Notes: generated by a model not told the origin, from the sequence alone. 63,966 nt of DNA, filler included, from Sandaracinaceae bacterium (GCA_947483975.1; 3 parts of 3 records of this genome joined end to end with filler, not necessarily neighbours in it), one strand, 5' to 3'; positions 18,755-29,123 are shown, counted from the whole stretch's first letter. A program made the numbers and translations.

Positions 18755-19729
18755 CTAGAGGTCGATGCCGCTGAGCGGATCGCCGCCCGGGGGCCGACGA
18801 GTCGTGGTCGGAGGCGTGGTGGCCGGATGCGCCCCCGGACGGGCGCCGGGCGTGCCCGGCTGGGCGGCAGGAGCGTCCTGGCGATTCCGGATGTTGCCAG
18901 TGATGCGGTCGACGATATCTGGGTTCGCGTCCGGATTCGCCGTCTCGCCCTCGCCTGACGTCACGGCGTCGACGAGCGCGTGATGCCCGTCGCGGGGAGG
19001 CGGCGCGTTACGGCGCAGCGTGGGGAGGTTCGTGACGGTCGCCTTCTCCTCGAAGACGAGGCAGAAGAAGCCGTAGAAGCTCGTCTGGTCGATCGCGCGG
19101 AGGCGAGTGGTCGGGTCCTGCCACTCGAGCCATTGCCGCCGACCGCTACCCGCGGTGAGCTCGCCGCTCGCTTGCCGAGCCGCGCCGTAGCGCGTCTGCA
19201 AGGCCTGGCTGAACTGCGCGAAGTCCTGCCCCTGGAAGACCTCAGCGTTGAAGGCTTTGTACCATTTCCAGAGCTTCCCGCTGATGAAGAAGTAGAAGTT
19301 CTGACTGTTCGCGTCGTTGTGGACGAGGATGCACTCCCCGTTGTTGTGCGTGAATTCATCGCGGATGAACGACGCATCCCAGCCGGTGCGGTTCCCGTTG
19401 AAGCAGACCTCGCTCTCGCGCAGGCGCCGGAGCTCGTCGCCCATCTCGGCGCGCAGGCGGTCCTCTTCGATGGCGCCGCTCGCCTTGGCGAGCTGCGGGC
19501 GATAGCGCTCGCGAATCTGCCCCTGGAAGTACGTGAAGACCTCGGCCTTCGTCATGCCCCAGTGGAGGTCGCCCATGGCGGGCGAGATCGCCTCGCTCAT
19601 CGGGGCCTCTTGCGGGACGACGGCCGCCGGACGCGCGCGGCGACCGCGGCGACGCTGGGCGTCTGCTTCGTGGGCGAAGGCGAGCACGAACAGGCTCGCG
19701 ATCATGGCGATGGCTACGGCCTTCTTCAT
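18755..19729 (-). CDS. Exported protein of unknown function
   Basis: Signal peptide MKKAVAIAMIASLFVLAFAHEADA, GGAGG SD, WGMTKAEV motif, Pro-rich tail ending DPLSGIDL. Confidence 0.75.
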   Translation of the reverse strand: MKKAVAIAMIASLFVLAFAHEADAQRRRGRRARPAAVVPQEAPMSEAISPAMGDLHWGMTKAEVFTYFQGQIRERYRPQLAKASGAIEEDRLRAEMGDELRRLRESEVCFNGNRTGWDASFIRDEFTHNNGECILVHNDANSQNFYFFISGKLWKWYKAFNAEVFQGQDFAQFSQALQTRYGAARQASGELTAGSGRRQWLEWQDPTTRLRAIDQTSFYGFFCLVFEEKATVTNLPTLRRNAPPPRDGHHALVDAVTSGEGETANPDANPDIVDRITGNIRNRQDAPAAQPGTPGARPGAHPATTPPTTTRRPPGGDPLSGIDL

Positions 19730-19832
19730 CACTGCCTCCAATGCACTCGGGCTTCGAATTACGGCGCGACCTTACCACACCAGGACTGGCTTGCAGGGTC
19801 GTGCCTTGGGACGGTCCGCACGCCGAAAGGAT

Positions 19833-20699
19833 TCACGACGCCGGCGGCGCGCCCCCCGCGCCCTGCTCGAGGTCGAGGAACAGCAGCGTCCCCCCGGCGA
19901 CGGCGGCGGGCATGAAGAGCAAGTTCACGAACGGCACGAACAGGAACAGCCACACGCCGGTGCCGAAGCCGAACATCGGCCAGAAGTTCCTGCGCAGGAC
20001 CCCGACGCGGTAGCGCATGCCGCGGTTCTTCCGCGAGGCGGGCCAGTCGATGTAGTCGATGGCGAAGTAGATCGCGGTGAAGAGGAAGCCGAAGATCGAG
20101 TAGACGACCTGCCCGACGGCCGGCAAGAAGAGCGAGGCCACGAAGAGCGGGCCCATCACGGCGGCGTAGAGCGCCAGCTTCGACACCTCGAGCAGCACCG
20201 TGCGCAGGAGGTCGCGCGCGAGCACCTGGAGCGAGAAGGGGATCGCGGGCGCGCCGGTCTGAAGGCGCTCGACCGCCTCGCTGAGCGCGTCGTTGAAGGG
20301 CGCGGCGATCACGTTCGTCACGAGGCTGAGCACGACCAAGCCGCCGAGCGCGACCGTGAGCCCGACGAGCCACTCGAGCACCGCGTGAAAGAAGCGCGCG
20401 ACGCTCGGCCAGAAGCCGTGGCTCGTCGGCGTCGCCCAGATCGCGTCGACGAGGGTGCCGTGCACAGCGACCGCGCCCCACACGATCCCGACGACGGCGA
20501 AGAGCGTGACGACGATCGGGATGCCCCAGTAGCGCACGAGCCCGGGATTGCGGAGGTAGACGACGCGCGCGCCGCGGAACGGATAGGTGAGCCCGCGCCA
20601 GTAGCCGATCACGCTGCGCCCGATGGGCGCGGCGACGTCGCGCTTGGCGCTGACGACGACGTTCTTGGCCGTCTCTGCGACCTGCTCGGTGACCTTCAT
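19833..20699 (-). CDS. EI24/CysZ-family membrane protein
   Basis: Multi-TM; NVIAAPFNDALSEAVE, DYIDWPASR, VPFVNLLFMPAAVAGGT. Confidence 0.82.
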   Translation of the reverse strand: MKVTEQVAETAKNVVVSAKRDVAAPIGRSVIGYWRGLTYPFRGARVVYLRNPGLVRYWGIPIVVTLFAVVGIVWGAVAVHGTLVDAIWATPTSHGFWPSVARFFHAVLEWLVGLTVALGGLVVLSLVTNVIAAPFNDALSEAVERLQTGAPAIPFSLQVLARDLLRTVLLEVSKLALYAAVMGPLFVASLFLPAVGQVVYSIFGFLFTAIYFAIDYIDWPASRKNRGMRYRVGVLRRNFWPMFGFGTGVWLFLFVPFVNLLFMPAAVAGGTLLFLDLEQGAGGAPPAS

Positions 20700-20703
20700 C
20701 GCG

Positions 20704-22197
20704 TCAGCGCCCGCTGCTGATCCCCGAGATCGCGCTGCCGCCGACCGAGAGGATCGCCTTGAGGTCCTCGTCGTTGAAGCGGAGCGCGGCGCCCAGGTAG
20801 AAGTCGCGGCTCGAGTTCAGATAATCGTCGACGCCTCCGAGGATCCAGAGGCGCGAGATCACCTGGAACGCGAGGTTCGTGCGCAGCCGCGGGTACGCGC
20901 GCTCGCCGAACGCGAACACGTCGTTCGTGATCTCGAGGTCGTCCGCGAGGAAGTGCAGGTCGAGCCCGACGCCGCCCGTCGACTCGATGACGCCGAAGCG
21001 GAACGTCGCGAACTCGATGCGCTTCGCCAACCCGAGCGAGAAGCGGAAGGCGTCGCGCGTCGTGACGGTGTTCACCTGCTGCACGGCGGGCTCGCCGTCC
21101 GCCGGCGGGCTGCGGATGATCTCGGTCTGCTCGTAGTTCGTCAGCCCGCGCGGGTCGTTGACGAGCTCGATGTAGTAGTAGCGGTCCTCGCGCGGCTGCA
21201 GGCGCAGCTGCACGTAGGTCTTGAGCGTGTTCGCGAGGAAGTTGTAGTCGGAGCGCAGCTGCACGATGGTCTGCAAGCGCGAGACTCCTCCGACGAGGTC
21301 GCCGACGCCCTCCGCGACGCCCTGGACCTCGTCGACGAGCGTCTCGTCGCTCGTCAGCCGCCCGAGCGTGCCCTCCCCGCGCGCCGTCCGCCCCGTCACG
21401 TCGCGCACGTCGGCGAGCACGCCCTCGAGCTGCTCCGCCGAGCGCTGCACGCTCTGCACTGTGTCGGCGATGCCGCCGACGGTCTCGCCGATCTCGCCGC
21501 CGTTGCGCGCGAGCAGGCTGTTCGCCTGCGCCGTCGCGCGCTCGACGTTCGCGAGGATGCGCTCGAGCTGCGGGGCGGACTCGCTGATCATGCCGTCGAC
21601 GCCGCGCAGCGCGTGGGCGATGACCTCTTGGTTCTCGTGGATCGTCTCGTTGATCGCGGCGAGCGCGTCCGAGAGGTTCGCGAGCGCGAGGCTCATCTGC
21701 CGCCCGCCCTCGTCCGTGCCGAAGGTGCGCTCCATCTGCCGCGTGATGTTCAGCACCGCGTCGCTGATGCGCGCGACGTTGGCGAGGATGGCGTCCGTGC
21801 CCGGCGTCTCCTGCGCGGTCGCGATGCGCGCGCCGTCGTGCACGACAGGATGCGTCGCCGTGCCCGGGTTGATGGCGAGCACCGCCTCACCGAGGATCGA
21901 GGTCGTCTTCTTCGCGACGAGCGCGTCGTCGTGGAGAGCGACGCCCTTGCGCATGCGGATGTCGATCCGCGCCTGCGCGCCCCAGAGCCGGATCTCGTCG
22001 ATGTAGCCGACCTGGATGCCGGCGACCATCACGCGCGACTTCGGCACCAGGCCCGAGGCGTCCTGAAACACGGCCCAGACCGTGTAGCCATCATCGCCAC
22101 CGCCGCGCTCGTCGACGGCCCGATACACCAGCCAGCTCGCCACGAGCGCGACGACGACGAGCAGGCCGACCTTGGCCGCGGTCCACGAGTCGCGCAT
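20704..22197 (-). CDS. mlaD: MCE/MlaD-family protein with long helical region and beta-rich C-terminus
   Basis: TM, then FQDASGL...SRVMVAGIQVGYI, TSILGE...INPG; GEGTLGRL; amphipathic beta strands at the C-terminus. Start set at ATG 22197. Confidence 0.85.
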   Translation of the reverse strand: MRDSWTAAKVGLLVVVALVASWLVYRAVDERGGGDDGYTVWAVFQDASGLVPKSRVMVAGIQVGYIDEIRLWGAQARIDIRMRKGVALHDDALVAKKTTSILGEAVLAINPGTATHPVVHDGARIATAQETPGTDAILANVARISDAVLNITRQMERTFGTDEGGRQMSLALANLSDALAAINETIHENQEVIAHALRGVDGMISESAPQLERILANVERATAQANSLLARNGGEIGETVGGIADTVQSVQRSAEQLEGVLADVRDVTGRTARGEGTLGRLTSDETLVDEVQGVAEGVGDLVGGVSRLQTIVQLRSDYNFLANTLKTYVQLRLQPREDRYYYIELVNDPRGLTNYEQTEIIRSPPADGEPAVQQVNTVTTRDAFRFSLGLAKRIEFATFRFGVIESTGGVGLDLHFLADDLEITNDVFAFGERAYPRLRTNLAFQVISRLWILGGVDDYLNSSRDFYLGAALRFNDEDLKAILSVGGSAISGISSGR

Positions 22198-22285
22198 TCG
22201 GCGGGCATCGTACGGGCGCGCTCCACTGTGGGCAACCGGCGAGACCCGGCGCGCGACGCCGCAGCTCGGCGTCACGCGATCGACG

Positions 22286-22315
22286 TTGACCGCGCGGCTC
22301 GCCCTTTGGCATGGT
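22286..22315 (+). promoter_or_regulatory. Putative promoter of the lipoprotein-uppP-manC-PMM run
   Basis: TTGACC-18 nt-(TGG)CATGGT; in-frame GTG at 22323 lies 7 nt downstream. Confidence 0.4.
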
Positions 22316-23294
22316 GCGCGTCGTGCGAGCCCACCAGACAGCGCGGTTCCTCCTTCTATTCTCGGCGCTCGCACTCACGGCCGGCTGCAGCCGTCGCATC
22401 GCGACGACTCCCGTCGCAGACCCTGAACCGAGCGCGGTGCTGCCGAGCGCCCCTGAGGTCCAGACCGCGCTGCCCGAGGGCACGAGCTGCGCGGGCCGCG
22501 GCGACTGCACCACGGATCAGATCTGCGTGCGCAACGTCTGCAGCTACCGGCTGACGAGCGCTGCGGGCGAGATCCTCGCGACCGCCGCGCGCGCTCAGGT
22601 CGACGCGGGCGATCTCGAAGGCGCACTCCGCACGTACGACCAAGCCGTGGAGGCGTTCGACGCGGCCGAGGCTCCCGTCCCCGCCCGCGTCGTGTGCGGC
22701 GCTGCGGGCGCATCGTTGCGCGCCGCGCGCACGCCAGAGGCGCGGGAGCTCGCGGCCAAGAGCGCCGACCGCTGCTTCCGGCGATCGCTGCCGGGCGCGC
22801 CAGAGCGCACCGACGTGCAGGTCGCCCTCGCGCGCCTTCGCTACGACGGGCTCGCGATGGGGCGCTTCGATCGTCCGGAGCCCGCCGATCAGTTCTTCTC
22901 TGCGCCGCCGACGCGCCCGACCGTCGACGCGATCGACATCGCCATCGACATGGCGCAGCAGCCCGATCAGCCGGGCTACGCGGAGCTGCGGGCGGCGCTG
23001 CAGGGCGAGCCCGCGCGGCGCTCGATCGCCGACTGTTTCGTGCAGGACTGGGAGCTGCGGCACGAGCGACAGGCGAGCGCCGCCCTGACGCTCAAGCTGA
23101 CGACGCGGCTGCGGGACATGGGCGACTACGACGCCTACGAGGGGACCGCCGAGGTGACCCGCACGACGCCCGCCGAGGAGGGCTTCGAGGCTTGCCTCGC
23201 GAGCGCGCTGACGACCGTGCTCGGCACGGGCCCCCGCATGAACCGCATCGTCGCGTGGCAGTCGCCCTTCGAGGTCGCTGCGCGCCTGCAGTGA
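22311..23294 (+). CDS. Lipoprotein with Cys-rich motif, TPR-like helices and alpha/beta C-domain
   Basis: Lipobox LTAGC; CAGRGDCTTDQICVRNVC; true start may be GTG 22323. Confidence 0.7.
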   Translation: MVRVVRAHQTARFLLLFSALALTAGCSRRIATTPVADPEPSAVLPSAPEVQTALPEGTSCAGRGDCTTDQICVRNVCSYRLTSAAGEILATAARAQVDAGDLEGALRTYDQAVEAFDAAEAPVPARVVCGAAGASLRAARTPEARELAAKSADRCFRRSLPGAPERTDVQVALARLRYDGLAMGRFDRPEPADQFFSAPPTRPTVDAIDIAIDMAQQPDQPGYAELRAALQGEPARRSIADCFVQDWELRHERQASAALTLKLTTRLRDMGDYDAYEGTAEVTRTTPAEEGFEACLASALTTVLGTGPRMNRIVAWQSPFEVAARLQ

Positions 23295-23345
23295 GGGCGA
23301 GGCAGAGCGGCTTACGCGCCGCGGCTCGTGCTACAAGCGGGCGCC

Positions 23346-24155
23346 ATGGCAGACCCGATCAGCCTCGCCGAGGCGGTGGTACTCGGAGTGGTCCAAGGGG
23401 CGACCGAGTTCCTCCCCGTGTCGAGCGATGGGCACCTCGCGATCGGCGCGATGCTCTTCGGAAATCACGAGATGCCGCTCGCGTTCGTCGTGATGCTGCA
23501 CGCCGGCACGCTGCTCGCGACGCTGATCGCGTTTCGAAAAGACGTCGCGCAGCTGACCGTGGGCCTCGCGCGCGGGCTGCGTTCGCCGCGCGACTACCTG
23601 AAGACCGACGACGGCTGGCTCACGCTGACGATCGTCGTCGCGTCGGTGCCGACGGCGATCGTCGGGCTCTTGCTCGAGCACCGCGTCGAGGCGTGGGCGA
23701 GCGTGAAGTGGATCGTCGGCGTGTGCCTGCTCGGCTCCGCGGCGATCATCGCGCTCCCGGCGCTGGTGCGTGGCAAGACGGAGCGCCTCACCGTGCCCGC
23801 CGCGCTGCTCCTCGGCGCCGCGCAGGGGCTCGCGGTGCTGCCGGGGCTCTCGCGGAGCGGCACCTCGATCGGCGTCGCGATGCTGCTCGGGATGACCGGG
23901 CCCAAGGCGTTTCGCCTCTCGTTCCTGATGTCGCTCCCGGCGGTCGGCGGCGCGGTGCTGCTGAAGGCGCTGCACCCCGAGGCGCTCGAGGGCCTCGGCG
24001 CGCAGGCGGCCATCGGCGCGGTCGTCGCCTTCGTCGTCGGCTTGCTCGCGATCTGGGCGGTGCGCGAGTCGGTGAGCCGCGGCAAGCTCTGGGCCTTCGC
24101 CGTTTACCTCGCGCCGCTCGGCATCGCGCTGATCGTCTGGCAGTTCTTCTCTTGA
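23346..24155 (+). CDS. uppP: Undecaprenyl-diphosphate phosphatase
   Basis: LGVVQGATEFLPVSSDGH, HAGTL, AQGLAVLPGLSRSGTSI, SFLMSLPA. Confidence 0.95.
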   Translation: MADPISLAEAVVLGVVQGATEFLPVSSDGHLAIGAMLFGNHEMPLAFVVMLHAGTLLATLIAFRKDVAQLTVGLARGLRSPRDYLKTDDGWLTLTIVVASVPTAIVGLLLEHRVEAWASVKWIVGVCLLGSAAIIALPALVRGKTERLTVPAALLLGAAQGLAVLPGLSRSGTSIGVAMLLGMTGPKAFRLSFLMSLPAVGGAVLLKALHPEALEGLGAQAAIGAVVAFVVGLLAIWAVRESVSRGKLWAFAVYLAPLGIALIVWQFFS

Positions 24156-24174
24156 TCGACCTCGGAGCTCGGAT

Positions 24175-25263
24175 ATGACGACGACAAGCAGCGACCCGCG
24201 CGTGTACGCGGTGGTGATGGCCGGCGGACAAGGCACGCGCTTCTGGCCGCTCTCGCGCGGCAAGACGCCGAAGCAGCTCCTGCCGCTCGCCGGCGGGGAA
24301 GAGTCCCTCTTGCGCGCGACCGTCCGCCGCATCGCGGACCTCGTGCCGCCCGAGCGCGTGCTGATCGTCACCGGCCTCGGCCTGCGCGACGCGGTGCTCG
24401 CGGAGCTGCCCGAGCTGCCGCCGGAGAACGTCCTCGCCGAGCCCGTCGGTCGCAACACCGCGCCTTGCGTCGGCTGGGCCGCGGCGACGGTCGCGCGGCG
24501 TGATCCGGCCGGCGTGCTCGCCGTGCTCGCGGCGGACCACTTCATCCGCGACGAGCCCGGCTATCTCGAGGTCGTGCGGCGCGCGGTGCGCACGGCGGCG
24601 AGCGGCGAGATGGTGACCGTCGGCATCCGGCCGACGCGACCGGAGACGGGCTACGGCTACCTCGAGGTCGGCGAGCCGCTCGCGGACGGCGTGTTCCGCG
24701 CCAAGCGCTTCGTCGAGAAGCCGGACCGCGCGCGCGCCGAGGACTTCCTCCGCGCGGGGACGTTCCTCTGGAACAGCGGGATGTTCTTCTTCCGCGCAGA
24801 CGTCGTGCTCGCGGCCATCGAGCGCTTCCTGCCGCAGCTCGCGCGCGGGCTCGCGGAGTACGACGTCGCGGCGAAGTCCGGCGAGGAGACGGCGGCGGTC
24901 GCGCGCACCTACGCGACGCTGCCGAGCGTCTCCATCGACACGGGCGTGATGGAGCGCGCCGAGCAAGTCGCCGTCGTGCCGGGCGACTTCGGCTGGTCGG
25001 ACGTCGGCTCGTGGACGACCGCCTACGAGCTCGCTGACAAAGACGCCGCGGGCAACGCGCTGCCGAGCGACGCCGTCGCCGTCGACAGCGAGCGCAACTA
25101 CGTGCGCGCGCCGCACGGCAAGCTCGTCGCGCTCGTCGGCGTCGCGGACCTCGTCATCGTCGACACCGACGACGCGCTCCTCGTGATGCCGCGCGAGCGC
25201 GCGCAGGACGTGCGCGCCGTCGTCGACGCGCTCCGCGCCCGCGGCTCGCTCGACAAGCTGTAG
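24175..25263 (+). CDS. manC: Mannose-1-phosphate guanylyltransferase
   Basis: MAGGQGTRFWPLSR..PKQ, EPVGRNTAP, PETGYGY, FVEKP, WNSGMF, WSDVGSW. Confidence 0.95.
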   Translation: MTTTSSDPRVYAVVMAGGQGTRFWPLSRGKTPKQLLPLAGGEESLLRATVRRIADLVPPERVLIVTGLGLRDAVLAELPELPPENVLAEPVGRNTAPCVGWAAATVARRDPAGVLAVLAADHFIRDEPGYLEVVRRAVRTAASGEMVTVGIRPTRPETGYGYLEVGEPLADGVFRAKRFVEKPDRARAEDFLRAGTFLWNSGMFFFRADVVLAAIERFLPQLARGLAEYDVAAKSGEETAAVARTYATLPSVSIDTGVMERAEQVAVVPGDFGWSDVGSWTTAYELADKDAAGNALPSDAVAVDSERNYVRAPHGKLVALVGVADLVIVDTDDALLVMPRERAQDVRAVVDALRARGSLDKL

Positions 25264-25335
25264 CCCCGCTTTGCCAGTCGCCCCGCTCGATCCCACGTTC
25301 GTCTGCCCGAGCAGAGCCTCCCGGAGACCGCGCCC

Positions 25336-26724
25336 ATGAGCATCGTGACCACCAACGTCTTTCGCGAGTACGACATCCGCGGCGTCGCCGATCGTGACCT
25401 CCCCGACGAGCTCGCGCGCGACCTCGGGCGCGCCCTCGGGACGTTCCTGCGACGGGCGGACAAGCACCGCATCGCGCTCAGCCGCGACTGCCGGCTCTCG
25501 TCCCCGCGGCTGCACGCGGCGCTCTGCGAGGGCTTGCTCGAGGCCGGGCTGACGCTGATGGACCTCGGGATGCAGCCGACGCCGCTGATGTACTTCGCGG
25601 TCTTCTTCTACGATCTCGACGGCGGCGTGCAGGTCACGGGCAGCCACAACCCGCCCGGCGACAACGGCTTCAAGATGATGATCGGCAAGGCGTCGCTGTT
25701 CGGCGCGGACATCCAGGTGCTCCGCCGCATGATCGAGGCGCGCGACTTCGATCGCAGACCCGGCGGGCGCGTCGAGGAGCGCGACCCGGTTCCGGCGTAC
25801 GCCGCGTACATGAAGGGGAACATCCGGCTCGGCCGCACGGACGTGAAGGTCAGCTTCGACGCGGGGAACGGCGCCGGCGGGCACGCCGCGCTCGCCGCGT
25901 TCCAGGCGGTCGGGCTCTCGCCCGAGACGCTCTTGCTCGAGCCGGACGGGCACTTCCCGATCCACCACCCGGATCCCTCGCAGCCCGAGAACCTCGCGCT
26001 CTTGATCGCGCAGGTGCGCGCCGAGGGGCACGAGCTCGGCATCGCGTACGACGGCGACGCGGATCGCATCGGCGTCGTCACCGCCGAGGGCGAGACGCTC
26101 TGGGGCGACAAGCTGCTGATCCTCTTCGCGCGCGCCGTGCTCGCGTCCCGCCCCGGCGCGGCGGTGCTCGGCGAGGTGAAGTGCTCGCAGACGCTCTACG
26201 ACGACATCGCCGCGCACGGCGGCCGGCCGATCATGTGGAAGACCGGGCACTCGCTCATCAAGCAGAAGATGAAGGAGGAGCACGCGCTCCTCGCCGGCGA
26301 GATGAGCGGCCATATGTTCTTCGCCGACCGCTACTACGGCTACGACGACGCGATCTACGCGAGCCTGCGCCTGATCGAGATCCTCTCGCACACGAAGCTC
26401 ACGCTCCGGCAGCTGCTCGCCGACGTCCCCGAGACGTTCTCGACGCCGGAGCTGCGCGTCGACTGCCCCGACGAGCTGAAGTTCGACGTCGTGACGAAGG
26501 TGCTCGCGCACTATCGCGCGACGCACGAGGTCGCCGAGGTCGATGGCGCCCGCATCCAGTTCGAGGGCGGCTGGGGGCTGGTGCGCGCGAGCAACACGCA
26601 GCCCGTGCTCGTCCTGCGCTTCGAGGCGCAGACCGAGGAGCGCCTCGCGGAGCTTCGCGCCGAGGTCGAGGCCGTCGTCGCGCAGGCAGGCGGCGGCGCC
26701 GTCGGCGGCGCGGCGAGCCACTGA
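25336..26724 (+). CDS. Phosphomannomutase/phosphoglucomutase (AlgC-like)
   Basis: FREYDIRG, TGSHNP, DGDADR, GEMSGH, RASNTQP. Confidence 0.95.
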   Translation: MSIVTTNVFREYDIRGVADRDLPDELARDLGRALGTFLRRADKHRIALSRDCRLSSPRLHAALCEGLLEAGLTLMDLGMQPTPLMYFAVFFYDLDGGVQVTGSHNPPGDNGFKMMIGKASLFGADIQVLRRMIEARDFDRRPGGRVEERDPVPAYAAYMKGNIRLGRTDVKVSFDAGNGAGGHAALAAFQAVGLSPETLLLEPDGHFPIHHPDPSQPENLALLIAQVRAEGHELGIAYDGDADRIGVVTAEGETLWGDKLLILFARAVLASRPGAAVLGEVKCSQTLYDDIAAHGGRPIMWKTGHSLIKQKMKEEHALLAGEMSGHMFFADRYYGYDDAIYASLRLIEILSHTKLTLRQLLADVPETFSTPELRVDCPDELKFDVVTKVLAHYRATHEVAEVDGARIQFEGGWGLVRASNTQPVLVLRFEAQTEERLAELRAEVEAVVAQAGGGAVGGAASH

Positions 26725-26742
26725 GCGCGGGCGCGCCGCTCA

Positions 26743-26842
26743 NNNNNNNNNNNNNNNNNNNNNNNNNNNNNNNNNNNNNNNNNNNNTTAATTAATTAANN
26801 NNNNNNNNNNNNNNNNNNNNNNNNNNNNNNNNNNNNNNNNNN
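26743..26842. other. Artificial contig linker
   Basis: 44 N + TTAATTAATTAA (stops in all six frames) + 44 N. Confidence 0.99.
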
Positions 26843-27585
26843 CCCTCGCCCGCGAGCGACGCCTCCGTCGGCACCGCGCCCGCGAGCCCGATCGTCGCGC
26901 GCGCGCCGCAGAGCACGCGCCCACGCTGCGCGACGACGTCCGCGTGGGTGATCGCCGCGAGCCCGCGCTCGGTGCCGAGCTCCGGGTGCCCGTAGGGCTG
27001 CCCCTCGTAGAGCATCGACTCGAGCACCTCCTTGCCGAGCTCCTCGTCGTCGCTGCCGCGCAAGCCGAGCAGCAGCTCGCTCTGCTGCTGCTCGCGCACG
27101 CGCTCGAGCTCCGTGTCGAGCAGCTGCGGGCGCACGAGCACGTCGAGCAGCAGCTCGAGGTAGCGCGCGACGTGATCGCGGTGCACGCGCCCGATGAACG
27201 TCGTCTGCTCGCGATCGACCTGCACGTCGATCGACGCCGCCATCGGGAACAGCGCCGCCTCGCGCGCCGCATAGCTGAGCTCGCCCGCGGCGCCCTCGGC
27301 CATCAGGTGCGCGGTGAGGTCGGTCAGGCCCTCCTTGCCGACGGGATCGTCCGCCGAGCCTGCGTCGAAGACGACGCGCACATCGAGCACCGGCGAGCTC
27401 GACGGCTGCGCGACGAGGCGCAGCCCCGGCAGCGGCTCACGCGGCGCGGGCGCGACGCTGACATCACCCGGCGGCGTGACGGGCGCGTGCTGCGGCGTGA
27501 CGGGGAGCGCCGCGCCGCCACAGCCGGCGAGGACGAGGAGCGCCGCAGAGAAGACATACAGACTACGGGTCGAGCGGGCGTTCAT
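26843..27585 (-). CDS. M16 peptidase family lipoprotein, non-catalytic subunit; 3' end truncated by contig edge
   Basis: Lipobox LAGC; FDAGSADDP..KEGL..LTAHLMAEG without HXXEH; HPELGT; overlaps the upstream M16 gene by 4 bp. Confidence 0.85.
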
Positions 27586-29123
27586 CGCACACCTCCGGTC
27601 GCCGCGGCCGCGGCAGGTGTTGGGGCAGGTGTTGGGGAGGCCTGGGGCGGGCCGGGCATCGGCGGAGCCTCGGGCGGCGCGGCGCCGGGCTTCAGCGTCA
27701 CGACGAAGCGGCGCCCCTCGACGAGGTAGCGCCCGGCGGCGTGCGCGACCTCCTCGGGCGTGACCGCGGCGAGCGCGGCGAGGTACTCGTCGAGGCGCGC
27801 GAGGTCTCCGCCGATGGCGAGCGTGCTCGCGATCACCTCGGCGATGTCGTCGGGCGTCTCGAGCCCGAGCAGGCGCGCGTAGCGGAGGTGCGACTGCACG
27901 TCGCGGATGCGCTCCGCCGGCGTGTGCCCGCCCGCGATGCTCGCGAGCTCCGTCTGCATCGTGGTGACGACCGCGGCGAGATCCGTGGCGTCGGCGGCGG
28001 TCGCGTCGATGATGAAGAGCCCCGGATCGCGGCTCATCGTGCCGCTCGCGTAGCTCGAGAGATCGAGCAGCTTGCGCTCGTCGACGACGAGCCGCTGATA
28101 GAGCGGCGACGAGGTGCTGAACGCGAGCGCGTGCACGATCTGCAGCGCCGCCGTCTCACGCAGCGCCGCCGCGCGCCCCGCCACATCACGCCGGCTCGCC
28201 CCCGCGAAGCCACCGTCGAAGCTCGGCGTGCGATAGCCGACGAAGATGCGCGGCGGCGTCGCGCCCTGCCACGGAAGCTCGCGCGCCGCGCCCGCGCGCG
28301 GCTCCGGCTCGACCGGAATGCGCGGCTGATCGCGGTGCCCCGCCCACGCGCCGTATTGCGCCGTGACGAGCCGCAGCACGTTCGCGTGATCGACGTCGCC
28401 GACGACCACGATGGTCGCGTCATCGGGCGTGTAGAAGCGGCGGAAGAACGCCTGCGAGTACGCGAAGTAGCCCGGCATCGCCTGCACGTCGCGCAGGTAG
28501 CCCATCGTCGTGTGCCCGTAGGTGTGCCGCGTGAACGCCAGCTCGTTGAGCGTCTCTTCGAGCAGCAGATCCGGGCCCGACGCGTTCTTGTTGTACTCGC
28601 CGAGGACGGCGCCCGTCTCCGTGCGGAACTGCGCCTCGTCGTACTGCAGGTGCTGAAAGCGGTCCGCCTCGAGCTCGACGATGCGCGCGAGCGCGGTCGA
28701 GGGGCCGGTCACCGTGTAGCAAGTGTAGTCGCTCGAGGTGTACGCGTTGTTGTCGGCGCCGAGGGACTGCATCGTGCGCTCGTACGCGGCCTCCGGATAG
28801 CGCGCGGTGCCGCGGAACATCATGTGCTCGAAGAGGTGCGCGAAGCCCGAGTGCCCCGCCTCGACCTCGTCGCGCGAGCCGACGCGCATCAGCGTGTAAT
28901 ACGCGAGGATGCCCGGCGTATCGCGGCGCACCGTGATGACGGTCAGCCCGTTCGGCAGGCGCGTGAGCGTCGGCGGCGCGTTGCCCCAGATCGGGTGAGG
29001 CGGCGGGCGCGACGGCTCGGGGGGAGCCTCCACGTTCTGCTGCGCGTGCGCGTGCGCGAGCGGAGCGGCGAGCGACAGGGCGAGGGCGAGCGCGGTGAGC
29101 GAGAGCGTCGGGGTCGAGCGCAT
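27582..29123 (-). CDS. M16 (insulinase/pitrilysin) zinc peptidase, exported
   Basis: Signal peptide; LPNGL, VGSRDE, GFAHLFEHMMFRGT (HXXEH), NAYT, FYTPDDA.VVVGD. Confidence 0.93.
   Translation of the reverse strand: MRSTPTLSLTALALALSLAAPLAHAHAQQNVEAPPEPSRPPPHPIWGNAPPTLTRLPNGLTVITVRRDTPGILAYYTLMRVGSRDEVEAGHSGFAHLFEHMMFRGTARYPEAAYERTMQSLGADNNAYTSSDYTCYTVTGPSTALARIVELEADRFQHLQYDEAQFRTETGAVLGEYNKNASGPDLLLEETLNELAFTRHTYGHTTMGYLRDVQAMPGYFAYSQAFFRRFYTPDDATIVVVGDVDHANVLRLVTAQYGAWAGHRDQPRIPVEPEPRAGAARELPWQGATPPRIFVGYRTPSFDGGFAGASRRDVAGRAAALRETAALQIVHALAFSTSSPLYQRLVVDERKLLDLSSYASGTMSRDPGLFIIDATAADATDLAAVVTTMQTELASIAGGHTPAERIRDVQSHLRYARLLGLETPDDIAEVIASTLAIGGDLARLDEYLAALAAVTPEEVAHAAGRYLVEGRRFVVTLKPGAAPPEAPPMPGPPQASPTPAPTPAAAAATGGVR

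Noticed and set aside
23788..26721. 977-aa minus-strand ORF, and similar ones at 20623-22554, 40280-42718, 47907-50051 and 56625-58589
   Set aside because: Stop-poor antisense frames of well-supported genes, expected with high GC3; no recognisable motifs.
26743..26842. TTAATTAATTAA palindrome repeated at 53263-53274, and ORFs ending in X-runs or LIN
   Set aside because: Identical 100-bp N-padded six-frame-stop linker; an assembly artefact, not a biological repeat or att site.
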